A stretch of 63,973 bases of DNA, filler included, from Octopus bimaculoides (taxonomy: Eukaryota): the NCBI RefSeq assembly GCF_001194135.2. It is 7 parts of 5 records of this genome, joined end to end, with 100 filler letters (N's around TTAATTAATTAA, not from the genome) between each part and the next. Parts side by side here need not be neighbours in the genome. Positions count along the whole stretch, not along the records: positions 46,161 to 52,037 come from NC_068988.1; positions 52,138 to 58,026 come from NC_068986.1; positions 58,127 to 62,246 come from NC_068998.1; positions 62,347 to 63,973 come from NC_068994.1; 3 more parts are not named here. One strand, given 5' to 3'. The notes under the pieces are model-generated. The model was not told where the DNA came from. It saw only the letters and a program-made list of their open reading frames with translations, and did not search any database. Position numbers and translations under genes: made by a program. Within the stretch, counting starts at the first letter, position 1; the number at the start of each line of letters is the position of its first letter. Positions 51,375-63,757 of the stretch are shown here, one piece after another.

Positions 51375-51690
51375 TTTTTTTTTTTATGTGTTTCAGCCAA
51401 GTGGCTGCGGTCATGTTGGTGCGGTCATGCTGGTGCGGTCATGCTGGTGCACCACCGTAAAGAAAAAGAAAGAATAAAATAATATATATGTATATAGGCA
51501 TTTGACTGCGGCCATCCTGGAGCACCGCCTTAAAGACGGTTAGTCGAAGAAATCGACCCCAAGACTTATCCTTTGTGAGCCAAGTAGTTATTCAATTGGT
51601 CTTTTTGCCAAACTGCTAAGTTATGGGGACATAAACACACCAACATCGGTTGTCAAGAGATGGCCGGGAGACAAACGCAAACACAAACAA
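51375..51690 (-). mobile_element. Two SINE family C tail segments, one with a 14-bp triplication
   Basis: (gcggtcatgctggt)x3 at 51407-51448; second tail 51500-51690. Confidence 0.72.
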
Positions 51691-51903
51691 AAATATATAC
51701 ATATATATATATATATATATAATAAATTCATAAGGGAAATTTCTATTCCCAAGAATATAATTATACGTTTATATTTATATAAGGGGCATTACTACAGAAT
51801 AATAATGCCACACACTGAACTTCTCAAAATAAACACACTTTTTTAGTACCGAATGCGAGGAAACAACCAACAGAAGAAAACCACCTTTCTTTTAAATAAC
51901 TCC

Positions 51904-51965
51904 ACTATGTATCGACCGATTTCGCGATTACTAGAATGAATCTAGACTCCGCACGTCAGCATAGT
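51904..51965 (-). ncRNA. Hammerhead ribozyme-like fold, type I, A9U core variant
   Basis: Minus strand reads actatg CTGACGT gcg [gagtctagattcattctagtaat] cgc GAA ATCG GT CGAT A catagt: 6-bp helix I, helix II with an inner ctaga/tctag stem, near-palindromic helix III, AUA triplet. Confidence 0.65.
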
Positions 51966-53097
51966 ATTGTTTATGAAAAACATATTCAAATAAACAGAAT
52001 TCTCACCTTACCAAAAACGAACACTCTCCGTAAAGCANNNNNNNNNNNNNNNNNNNNNNNNNNNNNNNNNNNNNNNNNNNNTTAATTAATTAANNNNNNN
52101 NNNNNNNNNNNNNNNNNNNNNNNNNNNNNNNNNNNNNCACACGCACACACACACACACACACACTTACACACACACACACACTAGCACACACAAACTTGT
52201 ACACACACACACTTGTACACACACAGAGACTCGCACACACACTCGCACACCCACACACCCACACACCCACGTCTATGTACGTAGGCACATTTATGTAAAT
52301 GTATGCGTGTGAATAAATTGCTCTGCATGATAGTGAGAAAGCTAGCATCATTCAAAACGAATTAGTGAGTTTGCTGCATAAAAATGACAAATATCAAGTT
52401 TAGAGCGATTAATTAGGTGAAATGGAGAGCGAAAGAGAGAGAGACTGAGATCTGAATGCTAGTTTCATAGAAATAAGATACACAACGACATTAATACGTA
52501 GTTTCCAGAAACATGTTGTTTCTGCCACTCAGATATACACCAGCGTGTAATGAACGCTTCATCAGGATGATGTCTAACTTTGCTTGTCATTAATATAGTA
52601 TTCTTATTTCTATCACTCACATCTCATATCGTCTTTCTTTTCCTATTCGTTAGCAAAATATTTTAATCATTGTTCATCTTTTCTAGGTTGAAGTCATTAT
52701 TTATTGTTTAATGTGAAGCTAGGGTGTAACTTTATATACAACACAAAACACTATACTTTAATTGGATTCGAACTTTCACCCTATATTTTATTTTGAGTTA
52801 TAAATAATTGGTTCTAGGAGAAGAAATGAAAAAGTAAATTAATCTAGTCGACAACAGCGAAAGGAAGATAATTTATCAAGGGAAGCAGTCTTAGAAAGCA
52901 TTCTATAGACGCTGGATTGGTAGAATTGGTAGAACGTGGGAGAAAATGTATTAGTGGTGTTTGTTTAGAGTTTTTCTGTACCGAGCTTACCTGAGAAGAT
53001 GCTTGGGCCTGCATCCCTTATCCTTTTCTATATCAAATATTGTGTTATTAATTCTTGGCCTTCAAAGTAAGAGATCGGTTATCTATGACACCAGCAT

Positions 53098-53316
53098 ATT
53101 CTTTTCTACTCTTGGCACAAGGCCCTAAATATTTGGAGCAGGGGCCCATTCGATTAGATCGACCCCAGTACGCTACTGGTACTTAATTTATTGACCCCGA
53201 AAAGATGAAAGGCAAAGTTGACCTCGGCGGAATTTGAACTCAGAACGTAAAGACAGGCGAAATACCACTAAGCATTGCGCCCGGTGTGCTGACGTTTCTG
53301 TCAGCTCGCCGCCTTA
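53098..53316 (-). mobile_element. SINE family B copy
   Basis: Full head, core and tail on the minus strand. Confidence 0.85.
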
Positions 53317-53765
53317 CGACACCACCATATTGAACAACATTGATATGCTTCACTTCCTGTCAAATTGAAAACCTTTTCATCTGATGTTTTGTTGCGATGG
53401 AATTGTGTAACTTTCGTTGTTGTGTATCCTTGGCCACTTGTCGGAGAATCATTTTTGAGAAATTCTTTTTCTAACTCCCATGACGCCGACTTGCTCAGTG
53501 GATGCATTTCCACACTTGGCGGTTTGTAGATGACTCCCTATTCAAGAACTATTTGGGTTGACGTTGAACCGCTTTGATTGGCGCAGAAGAAAAGGAAAGC
53601 ACTCCAACTGCTAAGTTCAATTCTCGCTTTTGATTCTCTGTTCGCCGATGAGAATATATATTATAATCGTGACCGTGCTTACTTAAGAACCGCTTCTTCA
53701 ACCTTTAACTTACACTGATATGTAGTGTGTAGATTTACAAACATGTTAATATGTATATAGCAGAA

Positions 53766-53866
53766 AGTGGCGAGCTGGCAGAAACGTCTGTCCTTGCGTT
53801 CCGAGTTCAAATTCCACCGAGGTCGACTTTGCCTTTCATCCTTTCGGGGTCGATAAATTAAGTAGC
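53766..53866 (+). mobile_element. SINE family B, partial
   Basis: Head and core with an internal deletion. Confidence 0.75.
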
Positions 53867-54189
53867 AGTATGTATATTCCCCCTCACATGTGGTGGCAGT
53901 GACTGTTGACGTACATCTGGACACACATATGTACTCATCTATATATGCTTTTAAATCCATAGATATCTAAGTATGGTTATATATACAGGCACAGACATAT
54001 GTATTGGAGTGTCTAAAACTATTTGTATGGTCTTATATACTGTTTGTAGGCTTTTTTGTGCCTTATATTTTTATATTTTCATTTTTCATTTATTTTTATT
54101 TTTATTTTTATTTGTACTGTATTCTTATTTTTATTTCTATTTTTATTTTTATTTTTATTTTTTATTTTATATTTGTGTTGAATTTTTGT

Positions 54190-54324
54190 GAATCTCTGAA
54201 GAGGCTTAGCAAATCATGCATGTACCTCCATTTCAGCATTTCATCTGCTAATTACTCCGGCACGCAGGAGCTATAGGGATAGAATGGGGCATGCCAACGC
54301 TAGGCCGAAACAGCTGTAAGTTTC
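54190..54324 (+). ncRNA. Hammerhead ribozyme, type I, intact core, 88-nt structured insert in helix II
   Basis: Helix I gaatct/agtttc (one mismatch); CTGAAGA 54196-54202; 8-bp helix II ggcttagc/gctaggcc; GAAA 54307-10; perfect palindrome ACAGCTGT as helix III; GUA site at 54316-18. Confidence 0.82.
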
Positions 54325-54513
54325 TGTATATTCTCCAATTGCTAAATGTACTTTATATTTGTAACCTTGATTGTTAATATGACATGGTATGTCATAAGCA
54401 TCTGTATATTCTGGTCTTTGTCATTTTAGTTACAAAATAAATAAATTAATTCAATGGAATACATTGTCTGCAAGTCGATGGATACCGCATATTCTCCTCC
54501 ATTTTCTTATTGC

Positions 54514-54554
<41 letters not shown>

Positions 54555-55054
54555 ATATTNNNNNNNNNNNNNNNNNNNNNNNNNNNNNNNNNNNNNNNNN
54601 NNNNNNNNNNNNNNNNNNNNNNNNNNNNNNNNNNNNNNNNNNNNNNNNNNNNNNNNNNNNNNNNNNNNNNNNNNNNNNNNNNNNNNNNNNNNNNNNNNNN
54701 NNNNNNNNNNNNNNNNNNNNNNNNNNNNNNNNNNNNNNNNNNNNNNNNNNNNNNNNNNNNNNNNNNNNNNNNNNNNNNNNNNNNNNNNNNNNNNNNNNNN
54801 NNNNNNNNNNNNNNNNNNNNNNNNNNNNNNNNNNNNNNNNNNNNNNNNNNNNNNNNNNNNNNNNNNNNNNNNNNNNNNNNNNNNNNNNNNNNNNNNNNNN
54901 NNNNNNNNNNNNNNNNNNNNNNNNNNNNNNNNNNNNNNNNNNNNNNNNNNNNNNNNNNNNNNNNNNNNNNNNNNNNNNNNNNNNNNNNNNNNNNNNNNNN
55001 NNNNNNNNNNNNNNNNNNNNNNNNNNNNNNTATATGTGCGTGTGTGTGTGTGTG

Positions 55055-55270
55055 TATGATTGTGTGTCTGTATTTGTCACCCGCAACATCGCTTGACAAC
55101 CGATGCTGGTGTGTTTACGTCCCCGTAACCTAGCGGTTCGGCAAAAGAAACCGATAGAATAAGTACTAGGCTTACAAAGAATAAGTTCTGGGGTCGATTT
55201 TCTCAACTAAAGGCGGTGCTCCAGCATGGCCACTGTCGAATGACTGAAACAAGTAAAAGAGTAAAAGAGA
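55055..55270 (+). mobile_element. SINE family C tail half (complete 3' end)
   Basis: Ends ccagcatggccactgtcgaatgactgaaacaagtaaaagag. Confidence 0.8.
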
Positions 55271-55384
55271 TATATCATAAATATATATATATTATATACA
55301 CATATCATATATATATATTATGTACAAACATATATATATGACATATGTATATAATATATATATATAAACATAAGTTATATACAT

Positions 55385-55418
<34 letters not shown>

Positions 55419-55588
55419 GATACATGTATATAATATATATATATATATAAATATCATATACATATATCATATATATATATTATGTATATTCTTTTATTCT
55501 TTCACACGTTTCAGTACTAAAGCGATAAATATATAAATATACATGAGATGGATACATATATATTATATATATATATATATGCATAGAA

Positions 55589-55698
<110 letters not shown>

Positions 55699-55954
55699 GG
55701 CGCACTCAAAAGCTTGGCATAGTATTTCCTTTTGATATTGTTGAGTCAAATAGCTTACTGTGTTTCTTTTCGTGGTAAAAGGAATAATTTATGGCCGAAT
55801 ATGAAGCAGAGGGCGAAAGTTTGAACCCGGTCTCAGTTAAATGTTCAACGTTGTATTTAAAGATAAACCCTTTACTTTTCGGCAACAAAGGAGAGATATC
55901 AAACGAAGAACGCAAAGACGGAAAAAATATTCTAACGAGTGGAAAACAGTGTCA

Positions 55955-56075
55955 CCTCATTCTGTACTGAGAGGTAATAGTGAAGCCTCATTCTGAACTA
56001 AGAGCTAATAGTGAAGCCTCATTCTGAACTAAGAGTTAATAGTGAAGCCTCATTCTGAACTAAGAGTTAATAGTG
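55955..56075. repeat. 31-bp minisatellite, about 3.9 copies
   Basis: Unit cctcattctgaactaagagttaatagtgaag. Confidence 0.92.
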
Positions 56076-56275
56076 CTAAGAGGGTTGCGTTACATTTTGT
56101 ATTTAGAAGAATCTTTGCATGTTTGGTCGGTAATAGGATTTGGCTGCGGGTTAGAATAAGTTTAATACACAACCTATGTTGGCCTCAGCAGATATATAAC
56201 CAAACTTCAACAGTTTGAATATATACATTCAAAGCGATTGTATATAATTACCTAATCAAACTGAGAGAAAGAGAA

Positions 56276-56354
<79 letters not shown>

Positions 56355-57640
56355 CACACACGTTTACATAACATTCGGCAGTGTTTTTCAATGTTAAGTT
56401 CACAGTCGCATTGCTCATATTGACATTTTTCTTTTGCAGTTCCGTTTCTATTCTAAGCAGTCTTCACCTTCACCTTCAGAAGCTCGCCTTCTGACGTCAC
56501 TTCACAGTTAGAGGTGCACATTGCTTGTTGCACCGTTTGAAGCCGTCACACACCATCGACCGAAAAACGTTTCTCACTGAGTGTGTTTATATTACTTGAT
56601 GAAATCTGCACCTGCAGCAACAAACCTCTTCTACAGTATATTCGACATTAACAATATTAACTTACGTTCCTCACTCTTTCGCCCTTTCGCAGTCAATCAA
56701 ATATATAGCAGTAAAATCAGACCATATTCATCGTGACGGATGATAGAAGTCTACACAACAAAATTTTTTTAGTAAAAAACACGAATCTTCATTTAATTCG
56801 TTATCTTTGCGAACACACTTTTCTCTAATTAGTGGAGTCATTATGGAAAACCACGAATGTAATTAAAATAATAGGAAGCGGATTTATTAAAATAATAATT
56901 AAAAAAGCGCATTAATTGTAATATGCACAGGTTCAGTTCTAAGTTGGACTATAAGCAGAAATGAATAAGTTTCAAATATCGAGGAGCGCATCATATGCAG
57001 GAAGACAAGATTATCGTTATAAATGTGTATATATNNNNNNNNNNNNNNNNNNNNNNNNNNNNNNNNNNNNNNNNNNNNNNNNNNNNNNNNNNNNNNNNNN
57101 NNNNNNNNNNNNNNNNNNNNNNNNNNNNNNNNNNNNNNNNNNNNNNNNNNNNNNNNNNNNNNNNNNNNNNNNNNNNNNNNNNNNNNNNNNNNNNNNNNNN
57201 NNNNNNNNNNNNNNNNNNNNNNNNNNNNNNNNNNNNNNNNNNNNNNNNNNNNNNNNNNNNNNNNNNNNNNNNNNNNNNNNNNNNNNNNNNNNNNNNNNNN
57301 NNNNNNNNNNNNNNNNNNNNNNNNNNNNNNNNNNNNNNNNNNNNNNNNNNNNNNNNNNNNNNNNNNNNNNNNNNNNNNNNNNNNNNNNNNNNNNNNNNNN
57401 NNNNNNNNNNNNNNNNNNNNNNNNNNNNNNNNNNNNNNNNNNNNNNNNNNNNNNNNNNNNNNNNNNNNNNNNNNNNNNNNNNNNNNNNNNNNNNNNNNNN
57501 NNNNNNNNNNNNNNNNNNNNNNNNNNNNNNNNATATATATATATATATATATTTATGTATATATATAACGGAGTAAGCACATAAAATGTGCAACAAGGTG
57601 GAAAAAAGAGTACTTAAATACCAGAGGTATTTCTAACAAA

Positions 57641-57680
57641 ATTGTCCGATGAACGGGAACGTGAAACTCAGAGTAACAGT
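57641..57680 (+). ncRNA. Hammerhead ribozyme, type I, U4C core variant
   Basis: attgt CCGATGA ACG GGAA CGT GAA ACTC A GAGT A acagt: 5-bp helix I, helix II capped by a GNRA tetraloop, near-palindromic helix III, GUA site. Confidence 0.7.
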
Positions 57681-57713
57681 CATTTGTTATATTTCTTCTG
57701 CTTTTAAATAAAG

Positions 57714-57745
<32 letters not shown>

Positions 57746-58819
57746 TATATATACACACACATATACATGCATACATATATATATATATATGTATATGTAG
57801 AAAGGTGAGAAATGGAATATATTCAGAATGTGTTCCAAAATGATATCCACCTTAGTGGAAAAGTTGCAATGACATTATTCTTTCTCAGAACACTGCATAG
57901 TGGCGGTGATGGGAGGTGAAGGGAGGTCGAATTGATGTATGGGATTGCTGTAGTTATGAGGAAAAAGCAGAAAAACTAGAAGAATCTAAATATTACTGTC
58001 ACGCTTGCACTAGATTTATATATATANNNNNNNNNNNNNNNNNNNNNNNNNNNNNNNNNNNNNNNNNNNNTTAATTAATTAANNNNNNNNNNNNNNNNNN
58101 NNNNNNNNNNNNNNNNNNNNNNNNNNAAAAGGAATTACCCTGCTATGTTATAATCAAGGCAGCGCAAAAAGTTGTTTTGCACAAGCATTTGTATAGCCAA
58201 TTAGACGGATAAAATTTACGAACACTTAATAATGTTACACAAAACAGCCTTCAGACTTTCCCTATTAATTTCGTCTTTTGAATTATGAACATATTTACAT
58301 CATAAGGGTTTTTTCATTGCAAGGCCTTCTTTTTTAGTTGATTTTCACCTAGCAAGGCTTATCGTAGATGGTGTAATAAGTCACACCCAGACAACGTCAG
58401 GTTATACTGCTAGTATATATATATATATATGCACAACACACACACACAGTAAATAAAAAAAATGTTAGTAAATGTGTTTTAAAAACGATTGGTAAATTTT
58501 TAGATTAACACCCGCACGATTTTTCACTACAGTGTTAGGGTTAGGGTTAGGTAGGTAATCGTGTGGGTGTTAATCTCAAGATTTCCGAAAAAAGATTTTC
58601 CAAAAAACTCACAGTTTGTAGGGAATAAATGTTTGTCGATCGTATTTGAAAAAGCTGTCTCGCTATTTTTTTTTGCTGTTATCATGGTGAAGGACAGAGT
58701 TAGAAATAACTTACAATTCCCGCCAATTAGAATGAGGTACATATATATGTGTAGATATATGTGTGTATTTACGTATGATTGGTAGTGTGTCTGTTTATTT
58801 GACTCTCACCTCTTTTTCC

Positions 58820-59115
58820 TTCATTTCTTTGTCTTTTTTCTTGGATCGTTCGTAAACATTCATAAGAGAAAGTAGCAATTGAAACGATTTGTAAGAGGAG
58901 TAGAAATAGTTAAGTAGATTGTTTTAGAGGGTAAAAGTGATTTTGTATGTAGTTTTAGTATCTGTCATTACAGTATTGAAATGTGATTGTTTCAGTTTTG
59001 ATACTGAAATAGTTTTCTTTTACTGTCAGTGTTTCTCCTTCCTTTCTTTTTGTATTTGTTGTTGGATCATTCGTAAAGGTTCATAAGAGAAAGTAGGAGT
59101 TGAAAGGATTTGTAA
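58820..59115. repeat. Degenerate two-copy repeat, period 221 bp (second copy cut by gap)
   Basis: ttggatc.ttcgtaaa..ttcataagagaaagtag at 58841 and 59062. Confidence 0.7.
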
Positions 59116-59838
59116 NNNNNNNNNNNNNNNNNNNNNNNNNNNNNNNNNNNNNNNNNNNNNNNNNNNNNNNNNNNNNNNNNNNNNNNNNNNNNNNNNNNNN
59201 NNNNNNNNNNNNNNNNNNNNNNNNNNNNNNNNNNNNNNNNNNNNNNNNNNNNNNNNNNNNNNNNNNNNNNNNNNNNNNNNNNNNNNNNNNNNNNNNNNNN
59301 NNNNNNNNNNNNNNNNNNNNNNNNNNNNNNNNNNNNNNNNNNNNNNNNNNNNNNNNNNNNNNNNNNNNNNNNNNNNNNNNNNNNNNNNNNNNNNNNNNNN
59401 NNNNNNNNNNNNNNNNNNNNNNNNNNNNNNNNNNNNNNNNNNNNNNTAGCATTGCTGTTCATACACAAGTATTATACAAATAAACTTTCACCCTGAAAGA
59501 CAGGCATTGTGTTACCAACAGAGGTAATAACTCTGAATTTTCTTCAGCCAGTTTGTATTCTAGTAACTATACTTCACAACATCCTCCTCTAGTGCTAATT
59601 AGACCACCTAAGTAACAGAAACTGTCTGAGTGTTCTTAATGTTAATTTCTCCAGCATTCTGCCACAAAGTCTACTTTCTCTGTTAATTTTCCAGTGATTT
59701 TACTGTACTTCTTATGTATCAATACATTGTATAGAATTACTACCTACCCCTTTTCTACATAATAAACAGGGGCATTTTCATGAAGGGATTAGTGGTTTGT
59801 GCTCACAAGGCCTTTGGTGTTTTCTGAGTTAACTTTAA

Positions 59839-60560
59839 CCCTTTCAATACTAACCTGGCCGAAAATTTTTTTGGTTCATAAGACCAACCTGGCCGCAGCT
59901 GGCCGAGAGTACCCATTGTTATTTAAATGTGAATTTAAGCACAAATCTCGTTAGTACATTTGTGAAAATACACAATTTCACTTTGTAAATAGCTGAGTTA
60001 TAGCATCCGACATTGCTTGATGTGATATCTGAAATCAGTGAATTTTAGATTTTTTTCCATATTTTTTTGGCGTCAATTTTTTTTTTTCAACTTTGAAAAT
60101 GGATAGAAGCTTCATGCTATCAAGCAGTGATTCCAAATTTAAAGGTTTATCCAAAACTGAAAGCAGCGGTTCTGAAGAAACTGAAAGCAGCAATAACGAC
60201 AGCAAAGACTATTTTACATCGGAATGAAGTAAAAACTTTTAAAATGTTTTTATTAGCAATTTTTCTGAGGAGATAGGGTCTATCCGTAGTCTTTCTTAGG
60301 AAGCAAAACCGTTAGACTTTTATTTTTTTCAGTATGCTTGTTTGAAGCGATCACTGCGGAAACAAACAGTATATGCCAGGAAAGCCCACGAAATGGGGGA
60401 TCAAAGTTAGGAAAATTTGTGAAACAAATACTGGGTACTGCTGTGGATTTAGTTTTTATACAGGGAAAATAATGTTAGTCAGCATGGCCTAGAATTTATC
60501 ACTTCCATATCATAACCAGGGCCGTATATGATTTTTTGACCGATTTTTTCAGTTTGGCCA
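59839..60560 (+). mobile_element. piggyBac-like element, internally deleted and decayed
   Basis: TTAA (59835-38) followed by CCCTTT terminus. Transposase remnants EAKPLDF..FEAITAETN, then QYMPGKPTKWGIKVRKICETNTGYCCGFSFYTGK (60367-60468). Right end not resolved. Confidence 0.85.
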
Positions 60561-61385
60561 AACTTGCGGTGGATTTAGGTGGATTCCAGTATTTCAGTTT
60601 ATCTCACCTTTATGGTACACCTGCAATTTGATACCTCTCTAATTACTCTTGTCTAAGGCATCCCCTTTACGTTGTAGCAATTAGCTACAATACACCAGTA
60701 GTTGGGTAGGCTTCTAAATCAATTGTTGGTTATGATGTTAAGATAAAATATATTTCTCATAGCATACATTTACAGTAACAAATATGACTTCTTAAAGAAA
60801 CAACTAGCTATTAAAGTAAATTTGCCAACAAATGCTGCAAGGTCACTTGCACTGGCATAAACACTCAATGAGAGTGTGATGATGCAGGCAAGATGTAAAG
60901 TCTTATGTAGAAACAGCAAAATGAATCTATGGTAGAAAAATAAACCAAACAATGCATGAACAACAAACAGTTAAATTAGATCTAAGGTCAGATGAAGCGA
61001 GAGAACTGAGATGCATAAATGCAAGCTATGCTAGTCCGGAAGAAGCAACGAGCTGGGTGGGTGTTTGAGTGAGTAAGTGAGTTTGTGTGTGTGTTTATGT
61101 GTGCAGTGCTCAAACCATTGTATATCATTATCAGATTAGTGAAGTCAATACAGCTGAAGTTAGGCTTTAATTTCTGTAGGAAAGCTGTAGAAAGGCAGGT
61201 GGCTAAAGCGAACTAAGTTTTAGGAAGAAGGGATAGGTTGAAGAGTTTCATAAAGGATTTAGGAAGTAAGATACAGTAAGAATGATGGGTGGAGTAAATG
61301 CAAGTGCATGGAGCAGGTACACAACTTACTCATTGAAAAGAACAAGAATCATTGTACCAGCAATAGAAAAAACAAACAAATGTCA

Positions 61386-61583
<198 letters not shown>

Positions 61584-61952
61584 TTAGCATTAAATTAAAA
61601 TTATAAAGGAACAATATCTGTGAATTACACTGCTAGACTGCTATCTGGTAAAAAGTTAAGACAATACTACTGTCACTGTGTTGTGAACTAGTGCAAGACA
61701 CCTACCTAATTACTTGTCCCAGTTTCCCTAACTGAAAATTAAATAAACATCATAGTTAAGTTATTAGCGGCAAGAAGACTGTAAAAACAGTTGCTCTAGT
61801 GAAAATACACTCAACAATGAAAGTATGAAACAGTGATAAAACAGTAATGATATATTATTTCTTTTGTTTTTCCACTAGTCTTGGTATATATGTTCTGCCA
61901 ATGCAGATTGATGAACGGTATAAACAGTGGTAAAGAAACAAGAGAAACAGGT

Positions 61953-61985
<33 letters not shown>

Positions 61986-62073
61986 GTTCAATAAGATTTA
62001 GTCAATCAAGGGCAATAGTAACTTAGCATCTAGCTATATATGGCTCGTATAGAAGACTGTAAAGAAAAAACTA

Positions 62074-62093
62074 ATCTTATCTATAAAAGGCAG

Positions 62094-62124
<31 letters not shown>

Positions 62125-62850
62125 TTAAAAAATTCATACATTTACAAAATTCCAAATTTCTTGGATTAAAGAATCAGAATTAATATTCTAAATACAATAA
62201 GTTAGGTCACAGCGTCATTTTTTCAGTCAAAATAACTCCCAATTACNNNNNNNNNNNNNNNNNNNNNNNNNNNNNNNNNNNNNNNNNNNNTTAATTAATT
62301 AANNNNNNNNNNNNNNNNNNNNNNNNNNNNNNNNNNNNNNNNNNNNTGTGTGTGTGCAAAGTTTAATATACCTCAATAACTTCCACATCTTTAATCCGAC
62401 TTCTATAAAATTTTATACACTGCTGCTTCATATCCCAGACCCAAACATAATAGGCTACTTAGATTTTTTTTTTAAACCTCGATACTGAGGCCTCTAGAGC
62501 AATGAGAAGCCAACAATAGATGATTCCTATTCATTTGCATTAACCAGTTGTTTTTATAATCTCTAGGGTCTTCCATACTTTTTAAATCCTTTTATAAAAG
62601 TGAAAGGATTTGTCTTTATTTATTTCCACCGTCCACCAGCGACGATTATCAATTTGACTAGGAACACTGAACGCATACATTTCCACAATTCTCAACCGAT
62701 TTTCACCAAACTTTACACACACATTACTTATGTCCCAACGATGGTCATGCACTAAACATTTGCCCAGAGCTTCCGTGTAAGTGGACCTAAATGGACATAG
62801 TCTTTTTTTGTATGTAGGGTCTTCCATATTTTTTAAATCTTTTTATAAAA
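62074..62850 (+). mobile_element. Possible Helitron-like non-autonomous repeat with 36-bp direct repeats
   Basis: tcttatctataaaagg start followed by (TG)n; ctcaaccgattttcaccaaactt motif near 62691; direct repeats 62564-99 and 62815-50. Confidence 0.4.
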
Positions 62851-63095
62851 AAGCTGAGAAAGAAATGAGTTAGCTTACTCTATATTAACATTCAATGATA
62901 AAATATTTTAACTGTGTTCCGTCACATAAATATGTTTTTCGCTTCGTTGATGCTCAATGATTTCTGACTAATTTTTTTGGTACTCACTAACTGTTCAAAC
63001 ATAGCAATATCTACCAACAATAACAGTAAATATTTCAAACTAATTTCAAGTAGGTTCAGAAACACTCTTTTGTTATGTGATCACTAACTGATAAT

Positions 63096-63757
63096 TGCTT
63101 CTAATTAATGTACAAATCTAGAAGTTTCGAAAGAAGGAGATAATCGATGTCACTAACTCTAGCACTTGATTGGTACTTGATTTTATCGATCCCGAAAGGA
63201 TGAAAGATAAAGCTGACTTCGGCATCTTCTGATCTCAGATTGTCATGAGCCGGAACAAATATCGAAATGTAATTTGTTTGTCGCGCTAACGATTCTGTCA
63301 ATCCACCGCTCATGATCACTAATTAATAATGATTTCAAAATTTCGGCACAAAGCCAGCAATTTCGAGGGAGGGAGTAAGTCGATTACATTGACCCCCAGT
63401 ATACAACTGGTACTTATTTTATCGACTCGGAAAGAGATGAAAGGTAAAGTCGGCCTCGGCGGAATTTGAACTCAGAACGTAAAGACGGACGAAACGCTGT
63501 TAAGCATTTTGTTCGGCGTGCTCATCACTAATTAATAATAATCCTTTCTACTTAAAGCAAAGGCCTGAAATTTGGAGAGGGGGATAAGTTGATTACATCG
63601 ACCCCAGTGTTTCACTGGTACGTAATTTATCGACCCTTACTGGATGAAAAGCATAGTTGAGACCTCGGCGGAATTTGAACCCAGAACGTAAGGATGGACG
63701 AAATGCCACTAAACATTTTGCCCGGTGGGGTGACGGTTCTAGCAGCTCGTCGCCTTA
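63096..63757 (-). mobile_element. Three head-to-tail SINE family B copies separated by a 16-bp motif
   Basis: Cores at about 63170, 63410 and 63620; ATCACTAATTAATAAT between and around the copies. Confidence 0.85.

Noticed and set aside
52505-52570. CTGATGA plus a hairpin on the minus strand
   Set aside because: GAAA does not follow helix II and helix I does not form.
53301-53540. Minus-strand ORF (GVIYKPPSVEMHPLSK...)
   Set aside because: The YKPP motif is not followed by GDFN or other endonuclease motifs; no splice support.
55955-56075. Regularly spaced 31-bp repeats as a CRISPR array
   Set aside because: Units are contiguous with no spacers, in a eukaryotic context with no cas genes.
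60790-60850. LAAFVGKFTLIAS on the minus strand resembling an FABP N-terminus
   Set aside because: No start codon, no W, no NFDEY motif and no phase-1 donor.
62367-62420. RSRIKDVEVIE|gt as a possible upstream PRMT3 exon
   Set aside because: Upstream residues do not match PRMT3 and there is no acceptor site.
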